From: an uncultured bacterium
GTDB taxonomy: Bacteria; Patescibacteriota; Minisyncoccia; UBA6257; UBA9933
Assembly: GCA_913009635.1 (NCBI GenBank)
Contig: CAJVXI010000003.1
Location: 1 to 52,822 of the forward strand
DNA length: 52,822 bases
Direction of reading: 5' to 3'
Both the position numbers and the translations under genes were made by a program. Below are positions 10,018-19,211 of this stretch, piece after piece. The notes beneath the pieces are model-generated. The model was not told the origin of the DNA. It was given only the letters and a program-made list of their open reading frames with translations, and searched no databases. How positions within the stretch are numbered: the first letter of the stretch is position 1; each line of letters starts with the position of its first letter.

Positions 10018-10251
10018 ATGTATTACGTTTACAGCTTACAATGCAAAGATGGCTATTATGTTGGATGTGCCAATGATTTAAAAGATAGAATTAATCGACA
10101 CAGAAAAGGACAAATTCCGGCTACAAAAAATAGATTGCCAATAAAATTAGATTTTTATTTTGCAACCAAAGACAAATACAAAGCATACGAATTTGAAAAA
10201 TACCTCAAATCAGGAAGTGGTAGAGCGTTTATTAAAAAACATTTAATATAA
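10018..10251 (+). CDS. Small GIY-YIG nuclease family protein
   Basis: YYVYSL..YYVG..DLKDRINRH..FEKYLKSGSGR. Confidence 0.9.
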   Translation: MYYVYSLQCKDGYYVGCANDLKDRINRHRKGQIPATKNRLPIKLDFYFATKDKYKAYEFEKYLKSGSGRAFIKKHLI

Positions 10252-10473
10252 AAGTTTTATTGAATGTGGTCCACCTATTCAAAAAATTTCGTTTATTAAG
10301 AAAAATAAGTTATAATCTAGAAATAAAAAATCTAAACCTATGATTAGAATTAAAATTGAAAAAATATTAAAAATTTAACATCAACAAATCAACAAAAATT
10401 AACCATATAAACCGTTATTTACAATTAAAAGGTCGAAAATTATTATAAATCCATACATTATAAATCCACACAA

Positions 10474-10842
10474 ATGATTAATAAAACATATCTTTGGCTT
10501 AGTATTATTGCGATTATCCTTATTGCCGGCGGAATTTATTGGTATTCTCAGCAAACATCAATAGACCAAGAATTAACGAATGAAGTAGAAACTCTTTCGG
10601 AAGATATTGCTGATATTGAAGAAATCAATCAAGATACAAGATTAAAAAATCTTGATGAAGATTTATCGGCAATTAGCGGAGAAGAACCAGGCGCGGTAAA
10701 TATAAATTCAATTATTAGCCTGGAAAGCGAACTAAACGATGAATTAGAAAGTTTTTCCGACGAATTATCGAATCTTGACGGATTTGACAGTGACGCGTCA
10801 TTAAATAATCTTGATAGCGATCTTTCCGGCGTTTCTCAATAA
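10474..10842 (+). CDS. Membrane-anchored acidic hypothetical protein
   Basis: N-terminal TM helix, D/E-rich helical body. Confidence 0.75.
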   Translation: MINKTYLWLSIIAIILIAGGIYWYSQQTSIDQELTNEVETLSEDIADIEEINQDTRLKNLDEDLSAISGEEPGAVNINSIISLESELNDELESFSDELSNLDGFDSDASLNNLDSDLSGVSQ

Positions 10843-10884
10843 TAACTTATACTTAATAATATAATTATTAATTTAATTTAAATT

Positions 10885-11751
10885 ATGAAACAACCAAATA
10901 AATTTATTATTTCTTTTACTGTCTGCGCTCTTTTAATGGGGCTTATGACCAATATTGGGTCAGCTCAAACATTAAGACAAAAAGACGCGACCGCAAAAGC
11001 AAAATATCAACAAGCCAAACAAACATACACGAAAGAAGTCAACTTTTATAAAAGCAGCCGTCAAAATCTTATTAATGCCAGAGCTAAATACAGACAATTT
11101 AAAAACGCAGAAAATAAAACCGCTCTTGAAGATACGGCAAGAGAATTTATTAAAACAACAATCTCTGTAATGATTAGTCGATTAGAAACAATTAGAACAA
11201 AAGCCGAACATATTCGCGGTATTTCTGAATCAGAAAGACAAACTATTTTAGCGGAAATTAACGAAGATATTAACTGGCTTAAAGAAAGACAGCCAAAAAT
11301 TGACAACGCGACGCCAACTCAAATAAAAGAAGAAGCTAAAATTATTAGAAGTTATTGGAAAAATATTAAAGTAAAAATCAAAAAAGAAACCGGTCAAATT
11401 TTAGCGGCCAGAATTACTTTTGTAATTACAAAAGCCGAAAACTTCTCTACGAAGATTGCTTCAAAAATTGATGAATTAAACGCCGCCGGGAAAGACACGT
11501 CTCAATTAGAAATTCTACTTGACGATTTTAACCAAAAAATTGATTTAGCTAAAACAAAATATGAAGCAGCCAAAGAAAAATTCGCCGCTATCTCCAATTT
11601 AGCCGAATCCGACCAATTATTCCGTCAAGGACACCAATTTATCAAAGAAGCGCACTCCTATATCAAAGAAGCGTATCAAAAACTTAGAGAAATTGTTAAG
11701 GAAATAAAAAGTGTTAATACGTCCGCTGATATTCAATCAGACACCGAATAG
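10885..11751 (+). CDS. Secreted coiled-coil hypothetical protein
   Basis: Signal peptide followed by long heptad helices. Confidence 0.75.
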   Translation: MKQPNKFIISFTVCALLMGLMTNIGSAQTLRQKDATAKAKYQQAKQTYTKEVNFYKSSRQNLINARAKYRQFKNAENKTALEDTAREFIKTTISVMISRLETIRTKAEHIRGISESERQTILAEINEDINWLKERQPKIDNATPTQIKEEAKIIRSYWKNIKVKIKKETGQILAARITFVITKAENFSTKIASKIDELNAAGKDTSQLEILLDDFNQKIDLAKTKYEAAKEKFAAISNLAESDQLFRQGHQFIKEAHSYIKEAYQKLREIVKEIKSVNTSADIQSDTE

Positions 11752-11776
11752 TAATGAAAAAGTAAGTTTTATTATC

Positions 11777-11850
11777 AAACAAAGCACTGCCCTACAAAAG
11801 CAGTGTTTTGTTTTTTCAACGGCTAACACGCCTATTAGCCGTTGATTTTT
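11777..11850. terminator. Two hairpins between convergent genes
   Basis: AAAGCACTGC..GCAGTGTTTT and TCAACGGCTAA..TTAGCCGTTGA, each followed by a T-run. Confidence 0.7.
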
Positions 11851-11873
11851 TACGTTTCCCTAAATTCTATTTT

Positions 11874-12401
11874 CTAGATTCTAAATTCTAGTTTAACGTA
11901 CGCCACATCACTCGGAGACGAAGAATAAGAAATTTTCATTGTAGCCTTCTTAAAAGTTTGTTTGATTTTCTTGGCCAATCGTACGGCTGTTTGGTTTTCT
12001 GTTAAAGTAATTATTAAAGACGCTGATTGACGCTGATTTTTAGGCTGATTTATGCTGATCAACCTATCCATTGGATCACGCCCATAAGCTCTTTTACAAA
12101 AAGAGTTAATCAAATTAATTAATTCTTTGGAAATTTTCTGAGGAATATTGGTAATCTCAATCTGCCCTTCAAATTGTTTATTTTTTATCATTTTACAAGC
12201 CGGGCAAATAGCAAATTTTACCGGCAAATTCTCGCGAAGTTTTTTTAAATATCTAAGATTATGATGCCATGATTTTTTATAATAAACGGCATTACATTCC
12301 CGACAAAAAACCAAACCAAGTTTTCCTTTTGGAATTTCATGTTCTTCTGTTCTAGGCGCAAATAATTCAGTTTTCCCGGACTTAGAAATATTCTTTCTCA
12401 T
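11874..12401 (-). CDS. Zn-binding NMD3/BCAM0308-like protein
   Basis: CRECNAVYYKKSW, CPAC, RDPMDRLI, TTENQ-like motif. Confidence 0.6.
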   Translation of the reverse strand: MRKNISKSGKTELFAPRTEEHEIPKGKLGLVFCRECNAVYYKKSWHHNLRYLKKLRENLPVKFAICPACKMIKNKQFEGQIEITNIPQKISKELINLINSFCKRAYGRDPMDRLISINQPKNQRQSASLIITLTENQTAVRLAKKIKQTFKKATMKISYSSSPSDVAYVKLEFRI

Positions 12402-12404
12402 ATT

Positions 12405-13535
12405 TTATAAAATAGCATAAATAATTCCTCCTATAAAGACCAATAACAAGCCGTAAATAATAAATGGATTAACCTTTTTAAGAATAACTCCTCTATCTGC
12501 TTCTGTTTTCTTGGCTTTAAGCCACATTAAAATAATCAAAATCCCCGCCAAACCAACGAAAACTCCGCCAACAATCCCGACTAATTCCAAAAAACTCCGA
12601 AATCCGAGCAAATACAAAAATAAAGGAAAAACAACAACAATTAATCCAATTAAAATTCGCGGAAATCTAAAATCATGCTCCAAGCTTTTTTTAGTATTCC
12701 GACCAATCATAATATAAGAACTAAACAAAGAAATTATTCCTAAAATTCCCAACAGCGTCAAAATTAACGATGGCAAACGCCCAACAAGACCGGAAACTGA
12801 ATCTTCGGAAACGGTTTCCGATAAACTGATAATTCCAAAAATAAACACCAAATAAATTAACATCGGAGTTAAACTTCCCAAAATAATGGGAATTTTTGAT
12901 TTTATTTGCGGCTGATTATTTTTTCTAAAATATCCAACCAGCGTTGGAATAGCTGTCCGTCCCGATAAAGAAAAAAGAATTGCCCCGTATGGCAAAAAAA
13001 CATAGCTAAAATTTAATAAAGGCGTTGAAAGCACTTGTTTAAAATTCGCCAATCCATAACAGAAAATAATAAAAATTACTGTCGCGGTACCGATAATAAT
13101 TAAAAACTCCGAAACCGCTAATCTATTAATTCCCAAAAAAACAGCTAAAGAGCCAAAGAGCCAAAAAATTAGAATTTTATAAAAATCAAATAAAACAATA
13201 TTGGGAAAAATTAAATTAAAAAAACTCACAGACAATACTAAATAAGCTGTTAATACAAAAATCATTCCAATAACAGTTATTAAAGTTGCCAACCGTCCGC
13301 CAAATTTTCCTAAATAAATTTCAGCATACCCCGGAAAACGATGGTTTTCTTTAGTACGAACAATAATATCCGCGTACATTAAATGAATCAAAGTAAAAAC
13401 CGCGCTAAAAATTATTAAATAAAATAAACCGGTAAAAATTCCGGCTTTTTCAAAAACATAGGGCAAGGCAAAAATCCCCGCGCCAATAATTGTCCCCGCC
13501 AACAAGCTCGCTGGCAGAATTATATTCCTGAACAT
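12405..13535 (-). CDS. Aromatic amino acid (HAAAP-like) transporter
   Basis: GTIIGAGIFALP, about 11 TM segments; ATG at 13535. Confidence 0.85.
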   Translation of the reverse strand: MFRNIILPASLLAGTIIGAGIFALPYVFEKAGIFTGLFYLIIFSAVFTLIHLMYADIIVRTKENHRFPGYAEIYLGKFGGRLATLITVIGMIFVLTAYLVLSVSFFNLIFPNIVLFDFYKILIFWLFGSLAVFLGINRLAVSEFLIIIGTATVIFIIFCYGLANFKQVLSTPLLNFSYVFLPYGAILFSLSGRTAIPTLVGYFRKNNQPQIKSKIPIILGSLTPMLIYLVFIFGIISLSETVSEDSVSGLVGRLPSLILTLLGILGIISLFSSYIMIGRNTKKSLEHDFRFPRILIGLIVVVFPLFLYLLGFRSFLELVGIVGGVFVGLAGILIILMWLKAKKTEADRGVILKKVNPFIIYGLLLVFIGGIIYAIL

Positions 13536-13539
13536 ATAT

Positions 13540-13677
13540 AAATTCCAAACACCAAGCACCAAATAACAAATAAATTACAAATTCCAATTACCTAAATCCT
13601 AAACACGACGAGTTTCGGCTATTAGAATTTCGGTCATTGAATATTGTTTGAGATTTGGGATTTGTTATTTGAGATTT
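13540..13677. repeat. Family B inverted heptamer element
   Basis: AAATTCC/AAGCACC arm, AAACACGACGAG core, GATTTGG arm; related to 24266-24440 and 40628-40763. Confidence 0.85.
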
Positions 13678-13931
13678 TACGCTTCAAACACCTCGTCTCC
13701 TTCCCTTACTTTATCACTTACTTTAATACCAACTTCCTGACCCTTTTTGGCTTTATCAATGTCTTTATGATCATACTGCATTGAATCAATCTTTTGAGTA
13801 AAATCAACATTAGCGCCTTTAAAATGAACGGTTTCTCCAACCTTCATTGCTTTTTTGAATTTCACAATGGCTACTCCGATATTGCCAAAATAATGAGTAA
13901 CCTCGCCAATTGGTTTCTTTTCCATAATCAC
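13677..13931 (-). CDS. Translation elongation factor-like beta-barrel protein
   Basis: IGEVTHYF..AKKGQEVGIKV..VREGDEV. Confidence 0.8.
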   Translation of the reverse strand: MIMEKKPIGEVTHYFGNIGVAIVKFKKAMKVGETVHFKGANVDFTQKIDSMQYDHKDIDKAKKGQEVGIKVSDKVREGDEVFEA

Positions 13932-14000
13932 TGACTTATGCTGACTTTACACTGACTTATACGGAAATAAACTTCTATATAGATCTGTGTCTAGTCCGTA

Positions 14001-14594
14001 TTAGTCTGTGCTATTGCGACCTTTCTCTTTTTTAATTAATTCTATCACTTTCTCCACCAACTCTTTTGGATTTGAAGAATATACTATTTTCCCCGGACCT
14101 CGATGAGATTCAATAATTATCTTTTTCACTAAATCATCGGTTTCCCAAGAACCTTCTAAAATCCCGATTGGCTTTTGGTCTTCAAAAGCAATAGTGAATT
14201 CATTTAATGTTCCTAAACGACCGCATCCTACAATTACCGCGTCAGACGACCTAGTTAAAAGTAAATTTCTACCTGAATAATTAAAACCAGTATAAATAAT
14301 TAAGTCATGGTAGTCGGTCGGCAATTTATAATCCTGAATATGCTCTTTTTCGGTGGCAGCCGGTGAAAGCCCAATAACAATTCCCCCTTCGCTTTTAGCG
14401 CCTTTTGCCGCCCAAAGAGGAAAACCTGTTGTCGCGCCGTCAACTAAAACAGCGTCTTGTTTAATAATTTCCCTGCCTAATTCCTCGGCTAATCCACTGG
14501 CATCAGGTCCACAATGATCGGTTTCCGCCGCCCCAGAAATGCAGATTTTATATTTATAAGTTGTATGGCAAATATTGTTATCCATAATCAACAA
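14001..14594 (-). CDS. LOG/SLOG (TIGR00725-like) family protein
   Basis: GATTGFP..RNLLL..GRLGTLNEF. Confidence 0.85.
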   Translation of the reverse strand: MLIMDNNICHTTYKYKICISGAAETDHCGPDASGLAEELGREIIKQDAVLVDGATTGFPLWAAKGAKSEGGIVIGLSPAATEKEHIQDYKLPTDYHDLIIYTGFNYSGRNLLLTRSSDAVIVGCGRLGTLNEFTIAFEDQKPIGILEGSWETDDLVKKIIIESHRGPGKIVYSSNPKELVEKVIELIKKEKGRNSTD

Positions 14595-14706
14595 GCCACT
14601 AGCGACTAGGGGTTAGCCACTAGGGTACATTAAAAAATTTTAACATAAAACAAATCAAAACCCTATACCCTAATCACTAGTGGCTAGTGGCTAGTGGCTA
14701 ATGGCT
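14594..14706. repeat. Family A inverted heptamer element without a gene
   Basis: AGCCACTAGCGACTAG..TAGTGGCTAGTGGCTAGTGGCTA; same arms flank 42378-42734. Confidence 0.85.
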
Positions 14707-16093
14707 ATAAAATAACCTCATCATTCATTGAAGGAATATCAACTTCTATGGCAAATTCATCTTTTATTTTTTGAGCTAACGGTATCATCTGATCTCCTTC
14801 CCCTTGGACTATAAATACTTTTTTAAGTTTCGTTCTTTGCGGCTTAATCCAACTTAAAAGCTTTAATTTATCAGCATGAGCTGAATATCCTCCAATCGCC
14901 GCAACCCGGCATTTAACTTGAACTTTTTTTCCAAAAATTTTCACGAAATTTGTTGATGTAAGTCCACGCTTAATAGCCCTATTGCCGTCAAAAATCCTTC
15001 TTCCCAATGAACCCATTGCTTGATAACCAATAAACAAAATAGTGCTTTTAGGGTCAGGCAAGTAAAGACGTTCATGATGAATAATTCTTCCGCCCTGCGA
15101 CATTCCAGATCCGGCAATAATAACTTTTGGTGGCGCCACGTTTTTAATCTTCTTTGATTGTTCTGTTTTTAAGGTAAATTTCAAGCCGGGAAAATTAAAT
15201 ATTAAATCCCCTGATTTTGCCAGATTAATCGCCTCTTTATCAAAATATTCCGAATTGGAAGAATATTTTTTATAAACTTCGGTTAATTTAATAGCCAATG
15301 GACTGTCAATAAAAATTGGAACTTTAGGTATTCTTTTATTTTCCACCAAACTGTTTAATTCATATAAAAGATCCTGAGTTCTTTCCATGGCGAAAGCCGG
15401 AATCATTAATGTGCCACCAACTTTAAAAGTTTCCTCAATTAAATCCTCAAGCATATCCTTTCGTTTATTTAAATTTTCATGTATTCGATTTCCGTAAGTT
15501 GATTCAATTAAAACGTAATCAGCTTCCGGTAAACTTTCCGTGTCTTTAACTAAAGGAGTGGCAACATTCCCTAAATCTCCGGAAAAGATAACTTTTTTGC
15601 CTTCTTTATTGGAAACCCTAATAAAACTTGAACCAAGAATGTGTCCTGCATCAAAAAATTCAGCTTCTAAACCGTTAATTTTTATTTTCTGATGATAATC
15701 TATTCCCTTCCACAAACTCAGCGCACCTTGAACATCTTCGGTATTATAGATGGGCGCAAGGTTTTTCCTTTTAGCTTCCTTCCCTAAAATACCTTCTGAA
15801 TCAAGTAAAAGATACTCGGCAAATTCTTTTGTTGGTTTGGTTGAAAAAATCTGACCACGAAATCCGTCTTTATAGAGTTTAGGCAAACGGCCAATATGAT
15901 CGATATGAGCATGGGTAATTAGAACAACTTTGATTTCTTTTGGATTATAAGGAAATGGCTTAAAATTAAGTCGTTCACAAAAATTACTTCCTTGATATAA
16001 TCCACAATCAACTAATATCTTTGATTTTCCTTCTTCTATTAAATAATTAGCGCCAGTAACCGTCTTGGTCCCGCCATAAAAAATGAGCTTCAT
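14705..16093 (-). CDS. MBL-fold beta-CASP ribonuclease
   Basis: THAHIDHIG, AGHILGS, ESTYG, SAHAD. Confidence 0.92.
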   Translation of the reverse strand: MKLIFYGGTKTVTGANYLIEEGKSKILVDCGLYQGSNFCERLNFKPFPYNPKEIKVVLITHAHIDHIGRLPKLYKDGFRGQIFSTKPTKEFAEYLLLDSEGILGKEAKRKNLAPIYNTEDVQGALSLWKGIDYHQKIKINGLEAEFFDAGHILGSSFIRVSNKEGKKVIFSGDLGNVATPLVKDTESLPEADYVLIESTYGNRIHENLNKRKDMLEDLIEETFKVGGTLMIPAFAMERTQDLLYELNSLVENKRIPKVPIFIDSPLAIKLTEVYKKYSSNSEYFDKEAINLAKSGDLIFNFPGLKFTLKTEQSKKIKNVAPPKVIIAGSGMSQGGRIIHHERLYLPDPKSTILFIGYQAMGSLGRRIFDGNRAIKRGLTSTNFVKIFGKKVQVKCRVAAIGGYSAHADKLKLLSWIKPQRTKLKKVFIVQGEGDQMIPLAQKIKDEFAIEVDIPSMNDEVIL

Positions 16094-16167
16094 ATTGTTA
16101 TTCTAACACAATAATGTATAATAATTATATATACGAATTCTGATTTTTGAAACTAGCTTTTTTTAAC

Positions 16168-16196
16168 TTGACAAAAAATAAGAATTACGCTATAAT
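16168..16196 (+). promoter_or_regulatory. Consensus sigma70 promoter
   Basis: TTGACA-17bp-TATAAT. Confidence 0.85.
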
Positions 16197-16328
16197 TAGC
16201 TTAACCTTAACAACTTAAAAATGGAGAGTTAATAAAATTCTGTAAACGCAGAAGTAAAAAGCATTATTACTTTATTCTTTTTTTAAATAAATTAAAGATG
16301 CTATCTAAAAAAAGGAGGTAATAAAATA

Positions 16329-16508
16329 ATGAGTGTTAAATTAGGAACTGACACAATAAGATGCAAAAATTGTGGCACCCTAAACACATCACAAACTCCT
16401 ACCTGTATTCACTGCGGAGAAAATCCTTTCAATGAACCTGTTTCTCTTCATACAAAAGAAGAAAAAAAGGGATGGAGAATAATCAAAAACATAGAAAGAC
16501 GTAATTAA
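16329..16508 (+). CDS. 59-aa zinc-ribbon protein (not in ORF track)
   Basis: CKNCG..CIHCG; AAGGAGGT SD at 16312-16319; own promoter and terminator. Confidence 0.75.
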   Translation: MSVKLGTDTIRCKNCGTLNTSQTPTCIHCGENPFNEPVSLHTKEEKKGWRIIKNIERRN

Positions 16509-16523
16509 TCTATGATTTTCATT

Positions 16524-16559
16524 AAAGGGCTAGCTTATAAAGCTAAGCCCTTTTCTTTT
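16524..16559 (+). terminator. Rho-independent terminator
   Basis: AAAGGGCTAGCTT..AAGCTAAGCCCTTT followed by T-rich tract. Confidence 0.75.
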
Positions 16560-16627
16560 ACTTCTTTCGCAATTCAAAGAAAAATTTTTCGTGGAAATCG
16601 CTGGCGAGAAAAGAATTTTTCTTGTTC

Positions 16628-18028
16628 TTATTCCCCCTTAATAACTGCCAATGGTTTTAATCTAGCCACTTTTTTTGATAATCCTGCCTGATGAACCACT
16701 TCCACGACATTATCAACATCTTTATATGCCATAGGCGCTTCTTCAGCAACACCGCGCAAAGAATAACATTTTATTAAAATTCCTTTGTTTTCTAAATCTT
16801 TAATAACTTCTTTTCCAGATATAGTTTTAATTGCTTTATGACGCGACATTATACGCCCAGCACCATGACAGCTTGAAAAAAACGCCTGTTCGCTCTCTTT
16901 AGTTCCCTGTAAAATATAAGAAGCAGTTCCCATTGAACCTGGAATTAGAACTGGCTGACCCGGAAAAGCCCGCGTAGCGCCTTTTCTATGAACCAATAAA
17001 TCTCCTTCTAATTTGGCGATATTATGTGCGACATCATAAAGAACCGAAAGTCGTAAGTCGTTGGTCGTTGGTCGTTGGTTAGATAAAACCCTCTCCCAGC
17101 TCTGACGAATATAATGCGTAATCATTTGCCTATTTGCCCAGGCAAAATTTGCTCCGCAAGACATTGCCTTAAAATATCTTTGCCCTTCAGGAGAATTAAA
17201 AGGCGCGCAAGCCAATTCCCTGTCCAGCAACTTAATCCCGTATTTCGGCATCACTCGAAGCATCAAACGAATATAATCCGTAGCAATTTGATGCCCTAAG
17301 CCGCGCGAACCCGTATGAATCATTATAACCACATGGTCTTTATGTAAACCAAAAGTTTTAGCAACTTCATCGTCAAAAATCTCCTCAACTTTCTGAATTT
17401 CCAAAAAATGATTACCGCTTCCCAGTGTGCCAACTTGATCTCTGCCGCGTTTTTTGGCAGTATCAGAAACTTCTGAAACATCAGCCAATTCCAATTTACC
17501 GTTGGCCTCGCAATTTTTAATATCTTCTTCTTTACCGTAACCCTGTTTAACTATTTCTTGAGCTCCGTTTTCTAAAATCCTATCCAATTCTTTAATATCC
17601 AATTTCTTTAAATGGCCTTTGCCCAAGCCGGACGGAACAATTCTTTGAATTTCAGTTGCTAAATTATCAAGATTAGAGCTGATTTCGTTAACTGATAAAT
17701 TGGATTTCAATAAACGAACGCCGCAATTAATATCATAACCAACTGCTCCAGGCGAAATAATCCCATCTTCTTTTACTCGAGTAGCAAAAACTCCTCCAAT
17801 CGGCGAACCATAACCCTCATGAACGTCTGGCATTACCAAAGAATATTTTTCAATTCCAGGTAAAGCAGTTAAATTAACCAACTGCTCCAAACTTTTATCC
17901 TTAAAAACAGAATCCAGCATCTTTTCATCAACATAAATTCTTGCGGGAACACGCATATCTTTTCTGAACGACTTTGGAATCTCCCAAAGATAATTATTTA
18001 TTTTTGTAAGATTTTTCTTTTGAAGCAT
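16628..18028 (-). CDS. rtcB: RNA ligase RtcB
   Basis: MPDVHEGYG, GYDINCG, GTLGSGNHF, HRKGAT, HGAGR, EEAP.AYK. Confidence 0.96.
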   Translation of the reverse strand: MLQKKNLTKINNYLWEIPKSFRKDMRVPARIYVDEKMLDSVFKDKSLEQLVNLTALPGIEKYSLVMPDVHEGYGSPIGGVFATRVKEDGIISPGAVGYDINCGVRLLKSNLSVNEISSNLDNLATEIQRIVPSGLGKGHLKKLDIKELDRILENGAQEIVKQGYGKEEDIKNCEANGKLELADVSEVSDTAKKRGRDQVGTLGSGNHFLEIQKVEEIFDDEVAKTFGLHKDHVVIMIHTGSRGLGHQIATDYIRLMLRVMPKYGIKLLDRELACAPFNSPEGQRYFKAMSCGANFAWANRQMITHYIRQSWERVLSNQRPTTNDLRLSVLYDVAHNIAKLEGDLLVHRKGATRAFPGQPVLIPGSMGTASYILQGTKESEQAFFSSCHGAGRIMSRHKAIKTISGKEVIKDLENKGILIKCYSLRGVAEEAPMAYKDVDNVVEVVHQAGLSKKVARLKPLAVIKGE

Positions 18029-18122
18029 AAAAAAATCACATTTGTTTTAATCTTTTTTTCAGCTTTTACCCTCTTCTCTCTTATTTTTTCTTTTATTTTT
18101 TTATCTTTTATCCTTTAAATGC

Positions 18123-18160
18123 CGCTCTAATAGATTAGAGCGCTCTAACCGATTAGAGCG
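18123..18160. repeat. Tandem CGCTCTAA-N4-TTAGAGCG palindromes downstream of the TrpR-like gene
   Basis: Two overlapping palindromes with 18-bp period. Confidence 0.85.
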
Positions 18161-18194
18161 TGCTTACAAACTTAACAACCCCTGCTTTTATATT

Positions 18195-18548
18195 TTATAC
18201 ACCTTTATACTTAGGAAATTTTGAAATTTTCTTTTTAGGTTTCTCCGGAAAACTACTGTATACTTTTTTCTTTCTTATTGGCTTTTTTAGTCCTTTTTTA
18301 ATAAAACTAATAGTATTATAATGAACATCGGCGATTTCGCTTATTTCCCGATAAGATAATCCTTGTTTTAATAAATAAAGTACAGAAAGTCGCTTTTCCA
18401 AAAGATTTAATTCCGGCGAAGAAAGTACACAGCCTAAAACAATATTTATATCGCTTGATGATTTTGCTTGATGAATTTCTTTAATTAACTCTTGCCAAAC
18501 TTTATCTATAAAATCTTTATCAAAATATTTTTTACTGGTTTTACCCAT
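18195..18548 (-). CDS. TrpR/YerC-like helix-turn-helix protein
   Basis: LSSPELNLLEKRL..GLSYREIS..TIS. Confidence 0.8.
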   Translation of the reverse strand: MGKTSKKYFDKDFIDKVWQELIKEIHQAKSSSDINIVLGCVLSSPELNLLEKRLSVLYLLKQGLSYREISEIADVHYNTISFIKKGLKKPIRKKKVYSSFPEKPKKKISKFPKYKGV

Positions 18549-18623
18549 AATATTAAATAAATATTATATATATTAAAATATATTTATTAATATAAATTAT
18601 AACAAATAATGCCAATTTTATCC

Positions 18624-18664
18624 CGCTCTAACCCATTAGAGCGCTCTAATGTGTTAGAGCGCTC
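18624..18664. repeat. Tandem CGCTCTAA-N4-TTAGAGCG palindromes upstream of the TrpR-like gene
   Basis: Same motif as 18123-18160. Confidence 0.85.
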
Positions 18665-18666
18665 TT

Positions 18667-18730
18667 TATATATATGTATGATATGCGTGTTTTTAAAATA
18701 TATATATGTATGATATGCGTGTTTTTAAAA
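18667..18730. repeat. 32-bp tandem duplication
   Basis: TATATATATGTATGATATGCGTGTTTTTAAAA x2. Confidence 0.85.
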
Positions 18731-18785
18731 ATTATAAAATAAAAATAAAAAAGCAGCGCTGTGAAGCATTGCCTAAAATTGTTTA

Positions 18786-19211
18786 TTATATATCAAACAC
18801 TAAATCTGTCTGCCATACGTTAACTTTTAGTTTAATATCAACATCCTGATAGGTTACAGCTTTTATATCCTCATCAAATCTTTCTATCGGATAAGATATT
18901 AATTCTACCTCTAATTGATATTCTTTTTCGTTTAATACTTGATACTTAATACTAGATACTAAATACACACACTGATTAATTTGCGCTTTAGCTAAAATCT
19001 CATTAAGAAAATCCACTAAAAGCGAATTTATATCCATTGATTGAATTTTGATTTTAGTTTTTGGTTTTTGATTTTTAGTTTTTAAGTTTTTAATTTTTGA
19101 TGATAAAATTTGCGCCATTGCTTCCGTGGCGTTAATAAACAATTCCTCAATTGTTTTTCCGTAAATTCTCATTCGCAATTCAGCTGGATGAGGAAGAATT
19201 TCGTATTTCAT
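18786..19211 (-). CDS. Archease
   Basis: HPAEL..G.TIEELF..DFLNEIL..IKAVTY..VFDI. Confidence 0.9.
   Translation of the reverse strand: MKYEILPHPAELRMRIYGKTIEELFINATEAMAQILSSKIKNLKTKNQKPKTKIKIQSMDINSLLVDFLNEILAKAQINQCVYLVSSIKYQVLNEKEYQLEVELISYPIERFDEDIKAVTYQDVDIKLKVNVWQTDLVFDI

Noticed and set aside
16565-16625. Possible additional repeat after rtcB
   Set aside because: Single imperfect inverted repeat with no second copy found in the window
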